A stretch of DNA of 64,000 nucleotides, taken from NCBI GenBank assembly GCA_965203275.1, contig OZ241865.1:128001-192000 (forward strand), read 5' to 3'. Under the pieces are notes generated by a model, which had not been told where the DNA came from, searched no databases, and saw only the letters and a list, made by a program, of their open reading frames with translations. The position numbers and the translations under genes are program-made. Origin of the DNA: Bdellovibrionales bacterium (GTDB lineage Bacteria; Bdellovibrionota; Bdellovibrionia; Bdellovibrionales; JAUICD01). This document shows positions 1 to 10,394 of this stretch, piece after piece (position 1 is the stretch's first letter; each line of letters starts with the position of its first letter).

Positions 1-224
1 ATAGTATGAAGTCTTTCCATGGAAAGGCTCAGGCCCTTGCTCTTAACGAGATCGTTATGGGAGATTATCGATTCTTTTTTGAAGACATACAAAGATACTT
101 AAATGTTTCATCTCAGCAAATTCAAAAAGTAGCTCAAAAGTACCTTAACCCCTGGCAACAAACTTTAATTCATATTCAACCTCAACAAAACAACGCTCAA
201 AAAACAACAAGGAAAAGCCAATGA
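1..224 (+). CDS. M16 family zinc peptidase subunit, C-terminal part (5' end outside window)
   Basis: 'VSSQQIQKVAQKYLNP' is a typical M16 C-terminal helix. The stop overlaps the ATG of the next M16 gene (paired M16B subunits). Confidence 0.75.
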   Translation, partial: SMKSFHGKAQALALNEIVMGDYRFFFEDIQRYLNVSSQQIQKVAQKYLNPWQQTLIHIQPQQNNAQKTTRKSQ

Positions 225-1600
225 AAAAATATCTCATAGCAAGTCTTTTTTTCTCTCTGACCTCTTGTGCAAGTCTTTCACCGGTCAACAAGCCATTTGT
301 TATTCGAGATTATCAAGAAGCAACTTTAACAAATGGTTTAAAAGTGCTACTTGTAAAAGACAATAGTTTGCCTTATATTTCGGCTACTTTGATGATTCAT
401 TCAGGGAGTGTTAGTGATCCGTCTCCGCATTTTGGACTGACTTCTTTTGTCAGTGGCATGCTCGATAGAGGGACCAAAAAATATTCTACAATGGAAATAG
501 CAGATGCTTTTGGAAGACTTGGTACAAATCTTTCTATTGCGACTGATAGAGAATATACTTTCATTACAAGTAACACTCTTTCAGATCATCAAGTTACATT
601 GTTTGATTTGTTAGGTGAGGTGATCAGTCAAGCCACTTTTCCTCAAAAAGAAATTAAGCGTTATAAAAGTGAAGTTTTAGCAGCTTTAAAAACTATGGCA
701 GATAAACCCTCTTCGTATACTCAGAGAATGTACGATGCTTATTTATATGGAGATCATCCTTATGGACGTTTGACTGTTGGTTCTATTAAAAGTGTAGAGA
801 TGATAACAAGACCTCAAATCTTAAATCATTATTCAAAAGTCTTTCGTCCAAATAATGCCACTTTAGCTGTTGTAGGTGACTTTAAAGAGAACATTATATC
901 TCTATTAGAAGACTCTTTCAAAGATTGGAAAGAGCAATCAATAGAACCTATAGCTTTTGCCTCTAAGCCAGTGATGAAAAAGCGTCTTGTACGTTTAGTG
1001 ACCAAAGAAGATTTAAAACAAGCAGAGATACGCATTGGACATATTGGAATTAAACGAGATAATCCTGATTTTTTAAAATTAAGGGTTGCTAATACTATTT
1101 TAGGGAGAGGATTTGTGAGTCGATTGATGGATCATATTAGAGATAACTTAGGCTTAACTTATAGTATTTCAAGTGACTTTGATGCTCGTTTAGATTATGG
1201 TCCTTTCACTATTGCAACTTTTACCAACAATCAAACAGTGGCTAAAACTATTGAAGAAACCTTAACTCTTTTAGAAACTTTTCACAAAGAAGGTGTAACA
1301 AAAGAAGAAGTTTCAGTAGCTAAAAAATATCTTTTAGGGGTTTTTCCGCAGGCCATAGATACACCTGAAAAGCTAGCTTTTAATTTATTACTTTTGAGGC
1401 TATATTCTATCCCTGATAGTTATTTAGAAACTTATTCTTCTAAAATTTCTAAGATCACTGTCAAGGACGTCAATCAAGTGATCAAAAAATACATTGATCC
1501 TTATAACTTAAAGATTTTGGTTTATGCTCCTTCTAAGGTCTATGCTCAGGTACAGTTTGTTGGTGAGACTGAAGTTCATCCTCACACAAATTTCAAATAA
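221..1600 (+). CDS. M16 family (pitrilysin/insulinase) peptidase, probable lipoprotein, non-catalytic partner subunit
   Basis: Lipobox-like LTSC, 'LTNGLKVLLV', 'YGDHPYGR', 'SRLMDHIRDNLGLTYS'. No HXXEH motif. Confidence 0.9.
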   Translation: MKKYLIASLFFSLTSCASLSPVNKPFVIRDYQEATLTNGLKVLLVKDNSLPYISATLMIHSGSVSDPSPHFGLTSFVSGMLDRGTKKYSTMEIADAFGRLGTNLSIATDREYTFITSNTLSDHQVTLFDLLGEVISQATFPQKEIKRYKSEVLAALKTMADKPSSYTQRMYDAYLYGDHPYGRLTVGSIKSVEMITRPQILNHYSKVFRPNNATLAVVGDFKENIISLLEDSFKDWKEQSIEPIAFASKPVMKKRLVRLVTKEDLKQAEIRIGHIGIKRDNPDFLKLRVANTILGRGFVSRLMDHIRDNLGLTYSISSDFDARLDYGPFTIATFTNNQTVAKTIEETLTLLETFHKEGVTKEEVSVAKKYLLGVFPQAIDTPEKLAFNLLLLRLYSIPDSYLETYSSKISKITVKDVNQVIKKYIDPYNLKILVYAPSKVYAQVQFVGETEVHPHTNFK

Positions 1601-1700
1601 AAATTTAAAAGCATCTTTCAAGAACATAGCAAATTAGTTTTCTTATTATTTTTTTTAACTCTCATTGAAAGCTCATCAATTAAAAATCAGGGTACGAATA

Positions 1701-3020
1701 ATGTCTAAAGTGGCTATTTTAGGATCTCCAAATGTAGGTAAGTCCACTCTGTTTAATATCTTAACAGAGACAAGAGATGCCCTTGTGAAAAATCAACCAG
1801 GCGTAACAAGGGATGTGCATATTGGTCAAGTTCAGTGGGAAAATCATAGATTTGAGATTATAGATACAGGGGGCCTGACACAATCTCAAACTGATAGCTT
1901 CTCAAGTTTAATTAAAAATCATATTCAAAAAATCATTCCCTCCGTTAATTGCTTAATTGTAGTGGTGGATGCACACACCAATTTATCTCCTCAAGATCAA
2001 GAGGTTGTTCATTTTGCAAGACAAACAAATAAACCTTTTTTAATTGTGGCTAATAAAGTCGATCGCATTCAAGATTGGCAAAACCTACAAAGTGACTTTT
2101 ATTCATTAGGACAAACTGTTTATCCTGCGGCTTTTGAAAAACATTTAGGTGTTTCAGAAATTTTAGACTGGATCACTTCTCATATTCCTCTTAATGAGGC
2201 TTTTCAACAACCTATTCAGGCTTTAACTCAACCTATTTTAAGCTTGATTGGAAAGCCCAATGTAGGTAAAAGCCATTTATTCAATCACCTTTTAGGTTCT
2301 CAACGTATGCTTGTCACAGATATCCCTGGTACCACAACAGATAGCATCGATAGCCTGATTGAATACAAAGACAAATCTTATACCTTAATTGATACAGCAG
2401 GATTAAGGCGAAAGTCTTACAGAAAACAAGAAGGACTAGAAATCCTAGCTGGATATAAAACAAAACAGGCTATGTATAAAGCAGATATCATTTTACTCTT
2501 AGTAGATGTTCTGGAAGGACTAGGCAAGCAAGAAGCCCAGTTAGTTCAACAAGCTTTAGAAATGCATACACCTGTTATTTTAGTGATCAATAAAACCGAT
2601 TTAGCTCTACCAGAGTTTCGTAAGAATATACAAGAACAAATCAACAAATGTTTTCATTTTTTTACTGATATACCTGTCGTATTTATTAGTGCAGAGACAG
2701 GCGTAGGTTTAGATTCTCTTTTTTTGAAAATAAATACTATTTGGAAAAAGCTTCATTTTCGTATCTCAACTTCTCACCTCAATCACTTTTTCACTCAAGT
2801 GACAAATCAACAACCACCTCCTCTTGTAGGTTCTACTCCTATTAAATTTTACTATTTAACTCAGACCCATCAAGTTCCTCCAAGCTTTATTGCTTTTACA
2901 AATAAATCACAAGGTCTTACGTCCAACTATAAAAAATTCTTAATCAGAAAAATCAAACAAAAGTGGTCTTTATCTGAAATCCCTATTCGCATCTTTCCTC
3001 TTAAAAAAAGCAAGGTCTAG
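1701..3020 (+). CDS. der: Ribosome biogenesis GTPase Der (EngA)
   Basis: Two GTPase domains (GSPNVGKST/DTGG/NKVD and GKPNVGKS/DTAG/NKTD) plus a C-terminal KH-like domain. Start moved to the ATG at 1701. Confidence 0.95.
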   Translation: MSKVAILGSPNVGKSTLFNILTETRDALVKNQPGVTRDVHIGQVQWENHRFEIIDTGGLTQSQTDSFSSLIKNHIQKIIPSVNCLIVVVDAHTNLSPQDQEVVHFARQTNKPFLIVANKVDRIQDWQNLQSDFYSLGQTVYPAAFEKHLGVSEILDWITSHIPLNEAFQQPIQALTQPILSLIGKPNVGKSHLFNHLLGSQRMLVTDIPGTTTDSIDSLIEYKDKSYTLIDTAGLRRKSYRKQEGLEILAGYKTKQAMYKADIILLLVDVLEGLGKQEAQLVQQALEMHTPVILVINKTDLALPEFRKNIQEQINKCFHFFTDIPVVFISAETGVGLDSLFLKINTIWKKLHFRISTSHLNHFFTQVTNQQPPPLVGSTPIKFYYLTQTHQVPPSFIAFTNKSQGLTSNYKKFLIRKIKQKWSLSEIPIRIFPLKKSKV

Positions 3021-3100
3021 TTTATCTTAACTGGATTTTGAATATTCATAGCTTCAAAGTAAAATATCAAAATAAGATATCACAAAAACGGCGTTATAAT

Positions 3101-4834
3101 ATGAATAATGTGCGACCCATCTCAATTAATTTCAAAAGATTTTGCTTATTTATTGGCCTGACTTTTTTATTAGGTCTTTTCATACGTTTTTTAGGTTTAG
3201 ATATGAAGCCTCCTCATTTTGATGAGGGAATCAATTGGTTTTTTACTCAAGCCCTTTTAACAGAGGGTTTTTATAAATATGACCCACACAATTACCATGG
3301 ACCTCTACACTTTTACTTACTAGCTATAGTCGATCAACTTTTAGCACCAGAGGTGTGGAATTACCGGCTTGTGACCTCTTTTTTCTCTGTATTGACTTGT
3401 ATTTGTTTATTTTACACAAGGTCTTTGATGGGGTTCACAGCTGTTTTTGCCACTATTTTTATGTTGATCAGTCCAGCATTTACTTTTTATGCAAGATACG
3501 CCATCCATGAAGCTGAATTTGTATTTTTTCTTGTTTTAATGATTTATGGACTTGTGGCTATGGCCCAGCAAAAAGCACACAGGGGTTTTTGGGCTTTGAT
3601 GATAGGGGTTACAGGTTGTTTTTTAACAAAAGAAACTGTCATTATCCATTTGACTGCTTTTGTTGGTATTTTTGTGCTTTTGTTATTAAAAAAGAATTTA
3701 TTTGTTTTAAAAGTTTGTGAAACTGCTAAAACTTTACCTAAAATTGTTTACATTTCAAGTACTGCTCTGATGCTCTTGACACTTTGCGTGTTTTATACAG
3801 GGTTTTTCCAAAACTTAAATGGCATACGAGATTTTTTCACAGCTTATTTCTTTTGGATCACAGATAAGGATAAAGGACTTGATACCACAGGAGGCCATGC
3901 TAGGCCTTTTTACTTTTTTATTGATCTCTTAAGGCGATATGAATGGCCTATTTTACTAGGATTGATTGCATCTCTTGGATGGATTCTGCCTGTTCATTCA
4001 TGGAGCCGATATTTTCAAAAGATGACAAAAAAAAGCAAAAAAAAGTTATCACGCAAAAAGCCATCTGAAACTTCACTTAAAGACTCTTGTCTTGTGTTTA
4101 TATCTGCTTATGGTCTTTTGGTTTTTTTAGGTTATTCTCTGATACCTTATAAAACACCTTGGTGTTTAATTTCTATGGCATGGCCTTTTTGTTTTTCAGC
4201 AGGCTATTTTGTAGAAAAATATGTTTTTCTTAGCTCTTTACCTTCTTTAACTAGCCAATGGGTGTGGGGCTTTTGGAGAAAGACTCAGAATGTTTCTACT
4301 TCTTTGATTTATTTTTTGTTATTTTTTGTTGTGATCAGTGTTTCCATTTATCAAACGATATCTCTCAATTTGGTCAAATACAGTGATACATTTTCTCATA
4401 AATATGTCTATGTACAGACTAAAAAAGACTATTGGGATTTTATCTTACGTTTGAAAATCTTAGTTCAAAATAATCCTGTAGCTCTTTACAAATATCCTAT
4501 TTTAGTTTTAGCTGAATCTAAGTCTTATTGGCCCTTGCCTTGGGCTTTGTCTCATTTTTCTGTCAGTTACATAGATTTAGGTTTTATAGAAAACAAAGAA
4601 AATATCACTATTGATATTGAAAAATATCCTTTTATGATCATAGAAGGTATTTATTTTGATATTTTTAAGAGACAAATTGAAAAGTTAATTCATCAGCCCA
4701 ATAAAACAAATACTTTTACAGGAGTGACTTATCATTCCTTAGATTTAAACAATGCTATTGCAAAACCTTATGTTTTGGTATTTTCTAATTCTGTTTTTAA
4801 AGATACAAGCTGGTGGAACAAGATTGTTCATTAA
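3101..4834 (+). CDS. GT-C fold membrane glycosyltransferase-like protein (TIGR03663/PMT-like)
   Basis: 'PPHFDEGIN...YKYDPHNYHGPL', 'YARYAIHE', 'PYKTPW' motifs and many TM helices. Confidence 0.75.
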   Translation: MNNVRPISINFKRFCLFIGLTFLLGLFIRFLGLDMKPPHFDEGINWFFTQALLTEGFYKYDPHNYHGPLHFYLLAIVDQLLAPEVWNYRLVTSFFSVLTCICLFYTRSLMGFTAVFATIFMLISPAFTFYARYAIHEAEFVFFLVLMIYGLVAMAQQKAHRGFWALMIGVTGCFLTKETVIIHLTAFVGIFVLLLLKKNLFVLKVCETAKTLPKIVYISSTALMLLTLCVFYTGFFQNLNGIRDFFTAYFFWITDKDKGLDTTGGHARPFYFFIDLLRRYEWPILLGLIASLGWILPVHSWSRYFQKMTKKSKKKLSRKKPSETSLKDSCLVFISAYGLLVFLGYSLIPYKTPWCLISMAWPFCFSAGYFVEKYVFLSSLPSLTSQWVWGFWRKTQNVSTSLIYFLLFFVVISVSIYQTISLNLVKYSDTFSHKYVYVQTKKDYWDFILRLKILVQNNPVALYKYPILVLAESKSYWPLPWALSHFSVSYIDLGFIENKENITIDIEKYPFMIIEGIYFDIFKRQIEKLIHQPNKTNTFTGVTYHSLDLNNAIAKPYVLVFSNSVFKDTSWWNKIVH

Positions 4835-5241
4835 TAAGTATAGCTATGATAAATTTGATTTTTTCTCATCTTATATTGTTTGTCTAAGAGATATTCTTGT
4901 AGATGATGCTGACATTCTGGATATTTTGCTAAGATGGATTCTTTTAAAAAACTCGACCTAGAAAAGTTTCTCCAAATCATACCTTGCTTGCAATAATTCC
5001 TTAAAAAAGTCCTTGCTTGTTGGGGTGAATCCTTAACAAATTTAGATGCTGTTTCAATTAAAAGAATACAATGTTGTGGAAATTGTCCTTGATTCCATTC
5101 TTTATAACACTTTTGGCTATATCCTTTATGACGAGAGATATAGTGCAGTCGAACTTCTAGCTCTTCCACAGAAGATGTATTGATCACGATATTATAAAGA
5201 TGAAATTGAAGAGAAAAAGCTATAATTTGTAAAATGATCAT
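4831..5241 (-). CDS. Hypothetical protein, coupled to the tadC-like gene
   Basis: The ATG at 5241 overlaps the upstream TGA (ATGA overlap). Confidence 0.65.
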   Translation of the reverse strand: MIILQIIAFSLQFHLYNIVINTSSVEELEVRLHYISRHKGYSQKCYKEWNQGQFPQHCILLIETASKFVKDSPQQARTFLRNYCKQGMIWRNFSRSSFLKESILAKYPECQHHLQEYLLDKQYKMRKNQIYHSYTY

Positions 5242-5675
5242 AGAAACTCCAATATTTGTGTCAAAACAGGCCCCATTAATAACATTAGGAATGCTGGAAA
5301 TTGCAAACAAAGCAAGGGGATGGTTGATTTTAAAGGTATGCTATCAACAAAAGCTTTCATGTCTGCTATGGCAGCTTGATTGATTTCTTCTTTTAAATTT
5401 TGTAGCTCTTGATAAATACTTTGACCTTTCAACTCAGACCAAAGTAAATCTTTTAAAGCACTTCTATAGATCGTCTTTGATCTCAATGTGGATGGACGTT
5501 TATTTATTAAAAAATTCTGAAGAAGCTCTTGAATTTCATAAGCAAAATGATTTTGATCGGTCGAAGATTTTTCTGCCTTTATGTATTTTTTCAGACCAGT
5601 TTGAACTGATTGTCCTTCAGCTAGAGCTTGTTCAATGTATAAAATGCATTTAAGTGGTGGTGGTATTTCATCCAT
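5238..5675 (-). CDS. TadC-like (type II secretion F-domain) small membrane protein
   Basis: C-terminal 'LPxKxxIPLLxxQFPAFLxLLxGP'-type TM motif. Follows the TadB-like gene. Confidence 0.6.
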   Translation of the reverse strand: MDEIPPPLKCILYIEQALAEGQSVQTGLKKYIKAEKSSTDQNHFAYEIQELLQNFLINKRPSTLRSKTIYRSALKDLLWSELKGQSIYQELQNLKEEINQAAIADMKAFVDSIPLKSTIPLLCLQFPAFLMLLMGPVLTQILEFL

Positions 5676-5687
5676 TGTCTGTCCTCC

Positions 5688-6437
5688 TTAAATTTTCCAT
5701 TTAAATCTTCTAGGAATATTCATTAGTATATAAGTCCCAAGAACCATAAATGGCAGAGAGAAAAAAAGCCATGATTTGACCACAGGGAACCCGTATGTTT
5801 TTGACATCAAAAGGGCAGTGATGACATAAACTCCAATTAAAATTAAACCTTGTAAGCGAGTTTGAAATGCAGCCTGCATAGATTTATTACGAAAGTCGTT
5901 CCTCATTTTCATTTCATTTCTTAAATGAATGATTTGATTTAAACGATGAGAGGGTGATTGCATAATAGCCTGCAATCTTAAAACAATCTCTCGGTCAAAA
6001 CCTTTCAGTGAGTTAGCTTGTTTTTCATTCCAATATTCAAGCAAGCTGACAATATTACGCATTTTTTTTTGCAGAATAGGTTCACTTTCTTGACAAATAC
6101 TTTGGAAGGCATTTAAAAATGAATGTCCTGATCGCATTTTAAGGACTAAAATATTCAAGATATGACTAAAATGATATCGCATTTTTTGTTCTAAATATAT
6201 TTGGACTAGAGGTTTGAGAGCAAATGAACTGAGACACAGGATTCCAAAGACCCAATAATTAGCGGGAAACTTGAGTTGAAAGATAAAAAATATCAAAATA
6301 CAAGAAGCACCAGCTACATAAAAACTTTTTCTTATATAAAAAGATAGATTTATTAATCCAAATAAACCGAAAATGAGATAAATATTCCGGAATATAGTCA
6401 AAATGCCGAAAAATAAAAATAAAAACTCAAAAATCAT
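5688..6437 (-). CDS. TadB-like / T2SS F-family membrane protein
   Basis: 'LVLKMRSGHSFLNAF' and 'QTRLQGLIL' motifs, with TM segments at both ends. Confidence 0.65.
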   Translation of the reverse strand: MIFEFLFLFFGILTIFRNIYLIFGLFGLINLSFYIRKSFYVAGASCILIFFIFQLKFPANYWVFGILCLSSFALKPLVQIYLEQKMRYHFSHILNILVLKMRSGHSFLNAFQSICQESEPILQKKMRNIVSLLEYWNEKQANSLKGFDREIVLRLQAIMQSPSHRLNQIIHLRNEMKMRNDFRNKSMQAAFQTRLQGLILIGVYVITALLMSKTYGFPVVKSWLFFSLPFMVLGTYILMNIPRRFKWKI

Positions 6438-6631
6438 AATATTTACCTTCTTGATATTTATGATTAGCAAAAAAGATGCTAAAAAAAATATTTTTTTGTT
6501 TTTTTTTAAAAAAAATAGTTGACGAAGATTTTGATTATTGTCAATCTATTATTAAAAGGTGCAGTAATTTTTTATAAATTACTTTGTTTAATCATTCACT
6601 TTATCATTTATTTAAAAAAAGAGGAGTTATA

Positions 6632-6847
6632 ATGGCAGCTAAAGCAAGAAAATCAACCAAAAAAGCAGCTAAAAAAAAGGTAACCAGAAAGAAGGCCACA
6701 AAAGCCAAAAAAGGAGGAGCTAAAAAGAAAGTAACTAAAAAGAAGACTAGAAAAAAAGTAACTAAAAAGAAGCCTGCGACTAGAAAAAAGGCTAAAAAAG
6801 CAGGTAAAAAGGTAGCTAAAAAAGCAACTAAGAGAAAACGTCGTTAA
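6632..6847 (+). CDS. Lys/Ala-rich histone H1-like (Hc1/Hc2-type) basic DNA-binding protein
   Basis: 71 aa of KKA/KKVT repeats, SD GAGGAG upstream and an intrinsic terminator downstream. Confidence 0.8.
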   Translation: MAAKARKSTKKAAKKKVTRKKATKAKKGGAKKKVTKKKTRKKVTKKKPATRKKAKKAGKKVAKKATKRKRR

Positions 6848-6883
6848 TTGATTTAAGTATTTCTTTACTTAATAAATTGAATC

Positions 6884-6916
6884 AAAAAGCTCTACTCTAT
6901 TGGTAGGGCTTTTTTG
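6884..6916 (+). terminator. Rho-independent terminator
   Basis: AAAAAGCTCTAC-loop-GTAGGGCTTTTTT hairpin followed by a T run. Confidence 0.8.
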
Positions 6917-7247
6917 TTTCATTCAAAATAATCCTTGTTTTTAATGGCTGTCTCGTAATGATCGCAACAGATCAAATATGTCTTTTATGTAGGTCATCGT
7001 TAGAAGGTTGAAACATCTTGGTCTTTATATGTTCATATAAGATTTTAAGGAACAAATGAAAATAGTAAAAATCTGTTTGCTTTTTCTTGACTTGATTTCT
7101 TTGTATTATATGGTAGATATGATAAAAAATTCAATCATTGATGAAAATTTCATTGATGAAATTAAAATAAGTTACTTTTTAGACAAAAATTAACTCTAGC
7201 CCCCTTATTAAATATACAAAAACAGATATATAAAAAGGTGATTTAGT

Positions 7248-8303
7248 ATGCCATTGCAAAACCAAGAAAATTCTTGTCATTCTTCTACTACTTCTAAAAA
7301 AGATTATTTACTTTTGTGTTCTAGTGCAGTTGTTTTAGGAGGATGCGTTTTTTATCTTATTGTCCAATGGACCGGATTATCTTTACCACTTTCTTTATAT
7401 ATATTTGCTCATTATGAATATATGTTACTTAAGCAGATGTGGATAGGTATTATGCTAGGGATCATTTCTGTAGGATTACTTAGTTATGTACCTAGGGAAA
7501 TTGTGATGGGTATTTTAGGTCCAGGTCAAAGTGTTAAAGGATTATTAAGAGCTATTGTGGCAGGATTATTTTTAGATGTATGTAGTCATGGTATTTTAAT
7601 GATAGGGATCAAGCTCTATGAAAGAGGTGCAAGTTTAGGTCAGATGATGACCTTTTTGATTGCTAGCCCATGGAATTCTTTTTCTCTATCTCTCATACTC
7701 CTCACATTGATTGGATGGAAATGGACTTTATTGTTTATTTTACTATCTGCTGTGATTGCATTTTTATCAGGAATGGTTTTCGAATGGTTAGTAGTAAAAA
7801 AGATTTTACCTGCTAACCCTTATCAATATCAAATGCCACAACATTTCAATTTAAAATCTGAATTGTGCCAATTATTGCAAAATAAGTCATTTCATTGGGG
7901 CTTTGTATTATCTGTTTTGAAAAAAGGATTGCAAGGAGCCAAAATGATCATTAAGTGGACTTTTGTAGGTATTATAGTGGCTAGTTTGATCAGGGTTTTT
8001 GTTCCTCAAGATATTTTTGCTAGTTATTTTGGAGCTACTTTTTTAGGGTTGTTTTTAACTGTGATCGTTGCCTCTTTGATAGAGGTTTGTTCAGAGGGTT
8101 CTACTCCTATAGCTACAGAATTTATAAAACAAGCACCAGGCAATACATTTGCTTTTTTGATGACAGGTGTTTCCACCGATTACACAGAGATTATGGCTAT
8201 TAGAGAAAATTGCAAGTCTTGGAAAGTTGCTTTCTTTTTACCGCTCATTACTTTACCTCAAGTTTTTGCTCTTTCCCTCTTGATCAATCATTTAAGTGCG
8301 TAA
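7248..8303 (+). CDS. Permease, DUF318/ArsP family
   Basis: 'DVCSHG', 'GASLGQMMTFLIASPW', 'EVCSEGSTP' motifs and multiple TM helices. Confidence 0.85.
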   Translation: MPLQNQENSCHSSTTSKKDYLLLCSSAVVLGGCVFYLIVQWTGLSLPLSLYIFAHYEYMLLKQMWIGIMLGIISVGLLSYVPREIVMGILGPGQSVKGLLRAIVAGLFLDVCSHGILMIGIKLYERGASLGQMMTFLIASPWNSFSLSLILLTLIGWKWTLLFILLSAVIAFLSGMVFEWLVVKKILPANPYQYQMPQHFNLKSELCQLLQNKSFHWGFVLSVLKKGLQGAKMIIKWTFVGIIVASLIRVFVPQDIFASYFGATFLGLFLTVIVASLIEVCSEGSTPIATEFIKQAPGNTFAFLMTGVSTDYTEIMAIRENCKSWKVAFFLPLITLPQVFALSLLINHLSA

Positions 8304-8728
8304 TCTTTTTGTTGTATTATTTCCTTTTGAATGCTATCAAGAACTCCATTAATAAATCGGCTAGAATCAAGTGTGGAATACTCTTTTGCAATTTCAATTG
8401 TTTCATTGATCACCACAGAAGGGTCAATATGAAGATACTTGATTTCGTAAGTACCTATTCTGAGTATAACTTTATCTACACTCACCATACGTTCTAAAGT
8501 CCAACTTGTGGTATGTGCAGAAATCATTTGATCAATGGTAGCTTGATGAGAGAGGACTCCTTTGACAAGACTTTGAGCATAATTGAGGATCTCAGCGGAT
8601 AAATTGGTTTGATCTTTATAAATGGCTTCTTCTTTATTGATAGATTTTGGAACTTGAAATTCATAAGGAAAAAGCATTTTCAAGGCTAACTGCCTGGCCC
8701 TTCTTCTGCGATATATTTTTTGATTCAT
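8288..8728 (-). CDS. nusB: Transcription antitermination factor NusB
   Basis: 'RRRARQLALKMLF', 'WTLERM..VDKVILR', 'VINETIEIAKEY', 'FINGVLD'. Confidence 0.95.
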   Translation of the reverse strand: MNQKIYRRRRARQLALKMLFPYEFQVPKSINKEEAIYKDQTNLSAEILNYAQSLVKGVLSHQATIDQMISAHTTSWTLERMVSVDKVILRIGTYEIKYLHIDPSVVINETIEIAKEYSTLDSSRFINGVLDSIQKEIIQQKDYALK

Positions 8729-8805
8729 AAAGGCTCCATATCACTCTAACTGCTTTACATTTAATTATTTTTGTGTTGAGTTGTCATCTGTCTTTGAAAT
8801 AAAAG

Positions 8806-9621
8806 TTAAAGGGTCTTAAAAAAGGGAAAGAACAAAACAAGGATATAATCTACAAACCATTGATCTCCACCAAAGATATAAATTGCACTTGATAAAGCTA
8901 AAAAAGGACCATAAGGAATCCCTGTCTTCAAACCTTGTTTAGTCGATCCCATCAAAAAAAAACCTGCAAAAATGCCGAACATACTAGATACAAGAATAAC
9001 AAAAGGAATACTTTTAATACCTAAGACTGTTCCGATCCATGCTAATAATTTAATATCACCACCACCTAAGCCTTCTATTTTACGTAAAGAATAATAAACA
9101 GAAGCCATAGCCCAAAAAAATCCACCACCTACAATTAATCCTACAAAACTATCTAAAAACGAACGTTCTGGATTCAAAGCTGCCCCTAAAAGCCCTAACA
9201 CAATACCTGTTAAACTTAAAATATCAGGGATCAAAAAGTACTTCAAATCAATAACTGTGATAGCTGTCAATCCAAATAAAAGGAAGGCATATTCTGCTAA
9301 AGTCCATTTTAAACCAATATGCCAATATAGAGATAAGAAAAGCAAAGCCATGAATATTTCTATTAAAAAGTAGTCAAAACCAATTTTATACTCACAGGAT
9401 CGGCATCGTCCTTTTAAAAACAACCAAGAGATCAATGGGATATTATCATATCCAGCAATGTATGTTTGACAATGAGGGCATTGGCTCCAACAAAAGAGAA
9501 AAGGCTTTCCGGCAGGCCATCTTAGAATAATAGTATAAGCAAAGCTACCCATGTATGCCCCAAGGACAAATATAATGTATGGAGATGCTATCTCCATAAA
9601 TGCAAGGGCATCTTCAAGCAA
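8806..9621 (-). CDS. pilD: Prepilin peptidase/N-methyltransferase
   Basis: Two CxxC pairs, 'DNIPLISW', 'GLGGGDIKL', 'IPYGPFL'. The start may be the ATG at 9597. Confidence 0.93.
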   Translation of the reverse strand: MLEDALAFMEIASPYIIFVLGAYMGSFAYTIILRWPAGKPFLFCWSQCPHCQTYIAGYDNIPLISWLFLKGRCRSCEYKIGFDYFLIEIFMALLFLSLYWHIGLKWTLAEYAFLLFGLTAITVIDLKYFLIPDILSLTGIVLGLLGAALNPERSFLDSFVGLIVGGGFFWAMASVYYSLRKIEGLGGGDIKLLAWIGTVLGIKSIPFVILVSSMFGIFAGFFLMGSTKQGLKTGIPYGPFLALSSAIYIFGGDQWFVDYILVLFFPFFKTL

Positions 9622-10384
9622 GGTCTTTTCTCCTAAAAATTAAATGGGCAATAGCTTGTAAAACAAATATCCAACTTATGGCATAGAAAAAAGTATAAGT
9701 TAAAAGTGTTGTATCTATAATGAAAGTTTCTTGAAATATAACTGACTTCCAATCCCACCTCTCAAAATTAGGAATAATATAAGGTAGCACATTTGTTAAA
9801 AGTTTTAATATTTCATTGTCACTTCTGTTTAAAAAATACTCTAATGTGGAAGTCCATTTACCTATTAAAAGCACACCTATTGTCAAAGGTACTGTTAGGG
9901 TAGGTCTGACGATGACTCCTAATAAAATAGTGATAGAGATCAAAACAGCAGCTTCTAAAGCAAAACCATAAATGACTGCTAGAAATATGCTATCAAATGT
10001 CCATTCCATATAAAGTAGTATACCTATCAAAATAAGAGATAAAAAGAAAAGTGCAGAGAATACCACAGCATATAATCCTAAAAACTTTCCCATCAAGAAA
10101 GACCCTCTAGTGATAGGACGAATCAGTAATGTAAATACTGTTTGCTTTTCAATTTCTCTGAAGATAATTGTAGAGCCTAAAAAAATGGAGAGGATTATGA
10201 TACTTAGCTCTAAGCCTGCTAAGCCTAAACTCAAAGCAATTCTTGTGTGATCTATATAAGTCAGTTGTGATAAAAGAAATCCTGAGACCAAAAACAAAAC
10301 TGAAACAATAAAAATACTATAAATAATACGATCTCTGATAAACTCACGAAAAGTATTGATAGCAATAGTGATTATAGATCCCAT
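9614..10384 (-). CDS. ABC transporter permease (PilI-like)
   Basis: 'IAINTFREFIRDRI', 'EIEKQTVFTLLIRPITRGSFLMGKF'. Lies between the ABC ATPase and pilD, as in deltaproteobacterial pilHID. Confidence 0.85.
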   Translation of the reverse strand: MGSIITIAINTFREFIRDRIIYSIFIVSVLFLVSGFLLSQLTYIDHTRIALSLGLAGLELSIIILSIFLGSTIIFREIEKQTVFTLLIRPITRGSFLMGKFLGLYAVVFSALFFLSLILIGILLYMEWTFDSIFLAVIYGFALEAAVLISITILLGVIVRPTLTVPLTIGVLLIGKWTSTLEYFLNRSDNEILKLLTNVLPYIIPNFERWDWKSVIFQETFIIDTTLLTYTFFYAISWIFVLQAIAHLIFRRKDLA

Positions 10385-10394
10385 TTATTAACCT

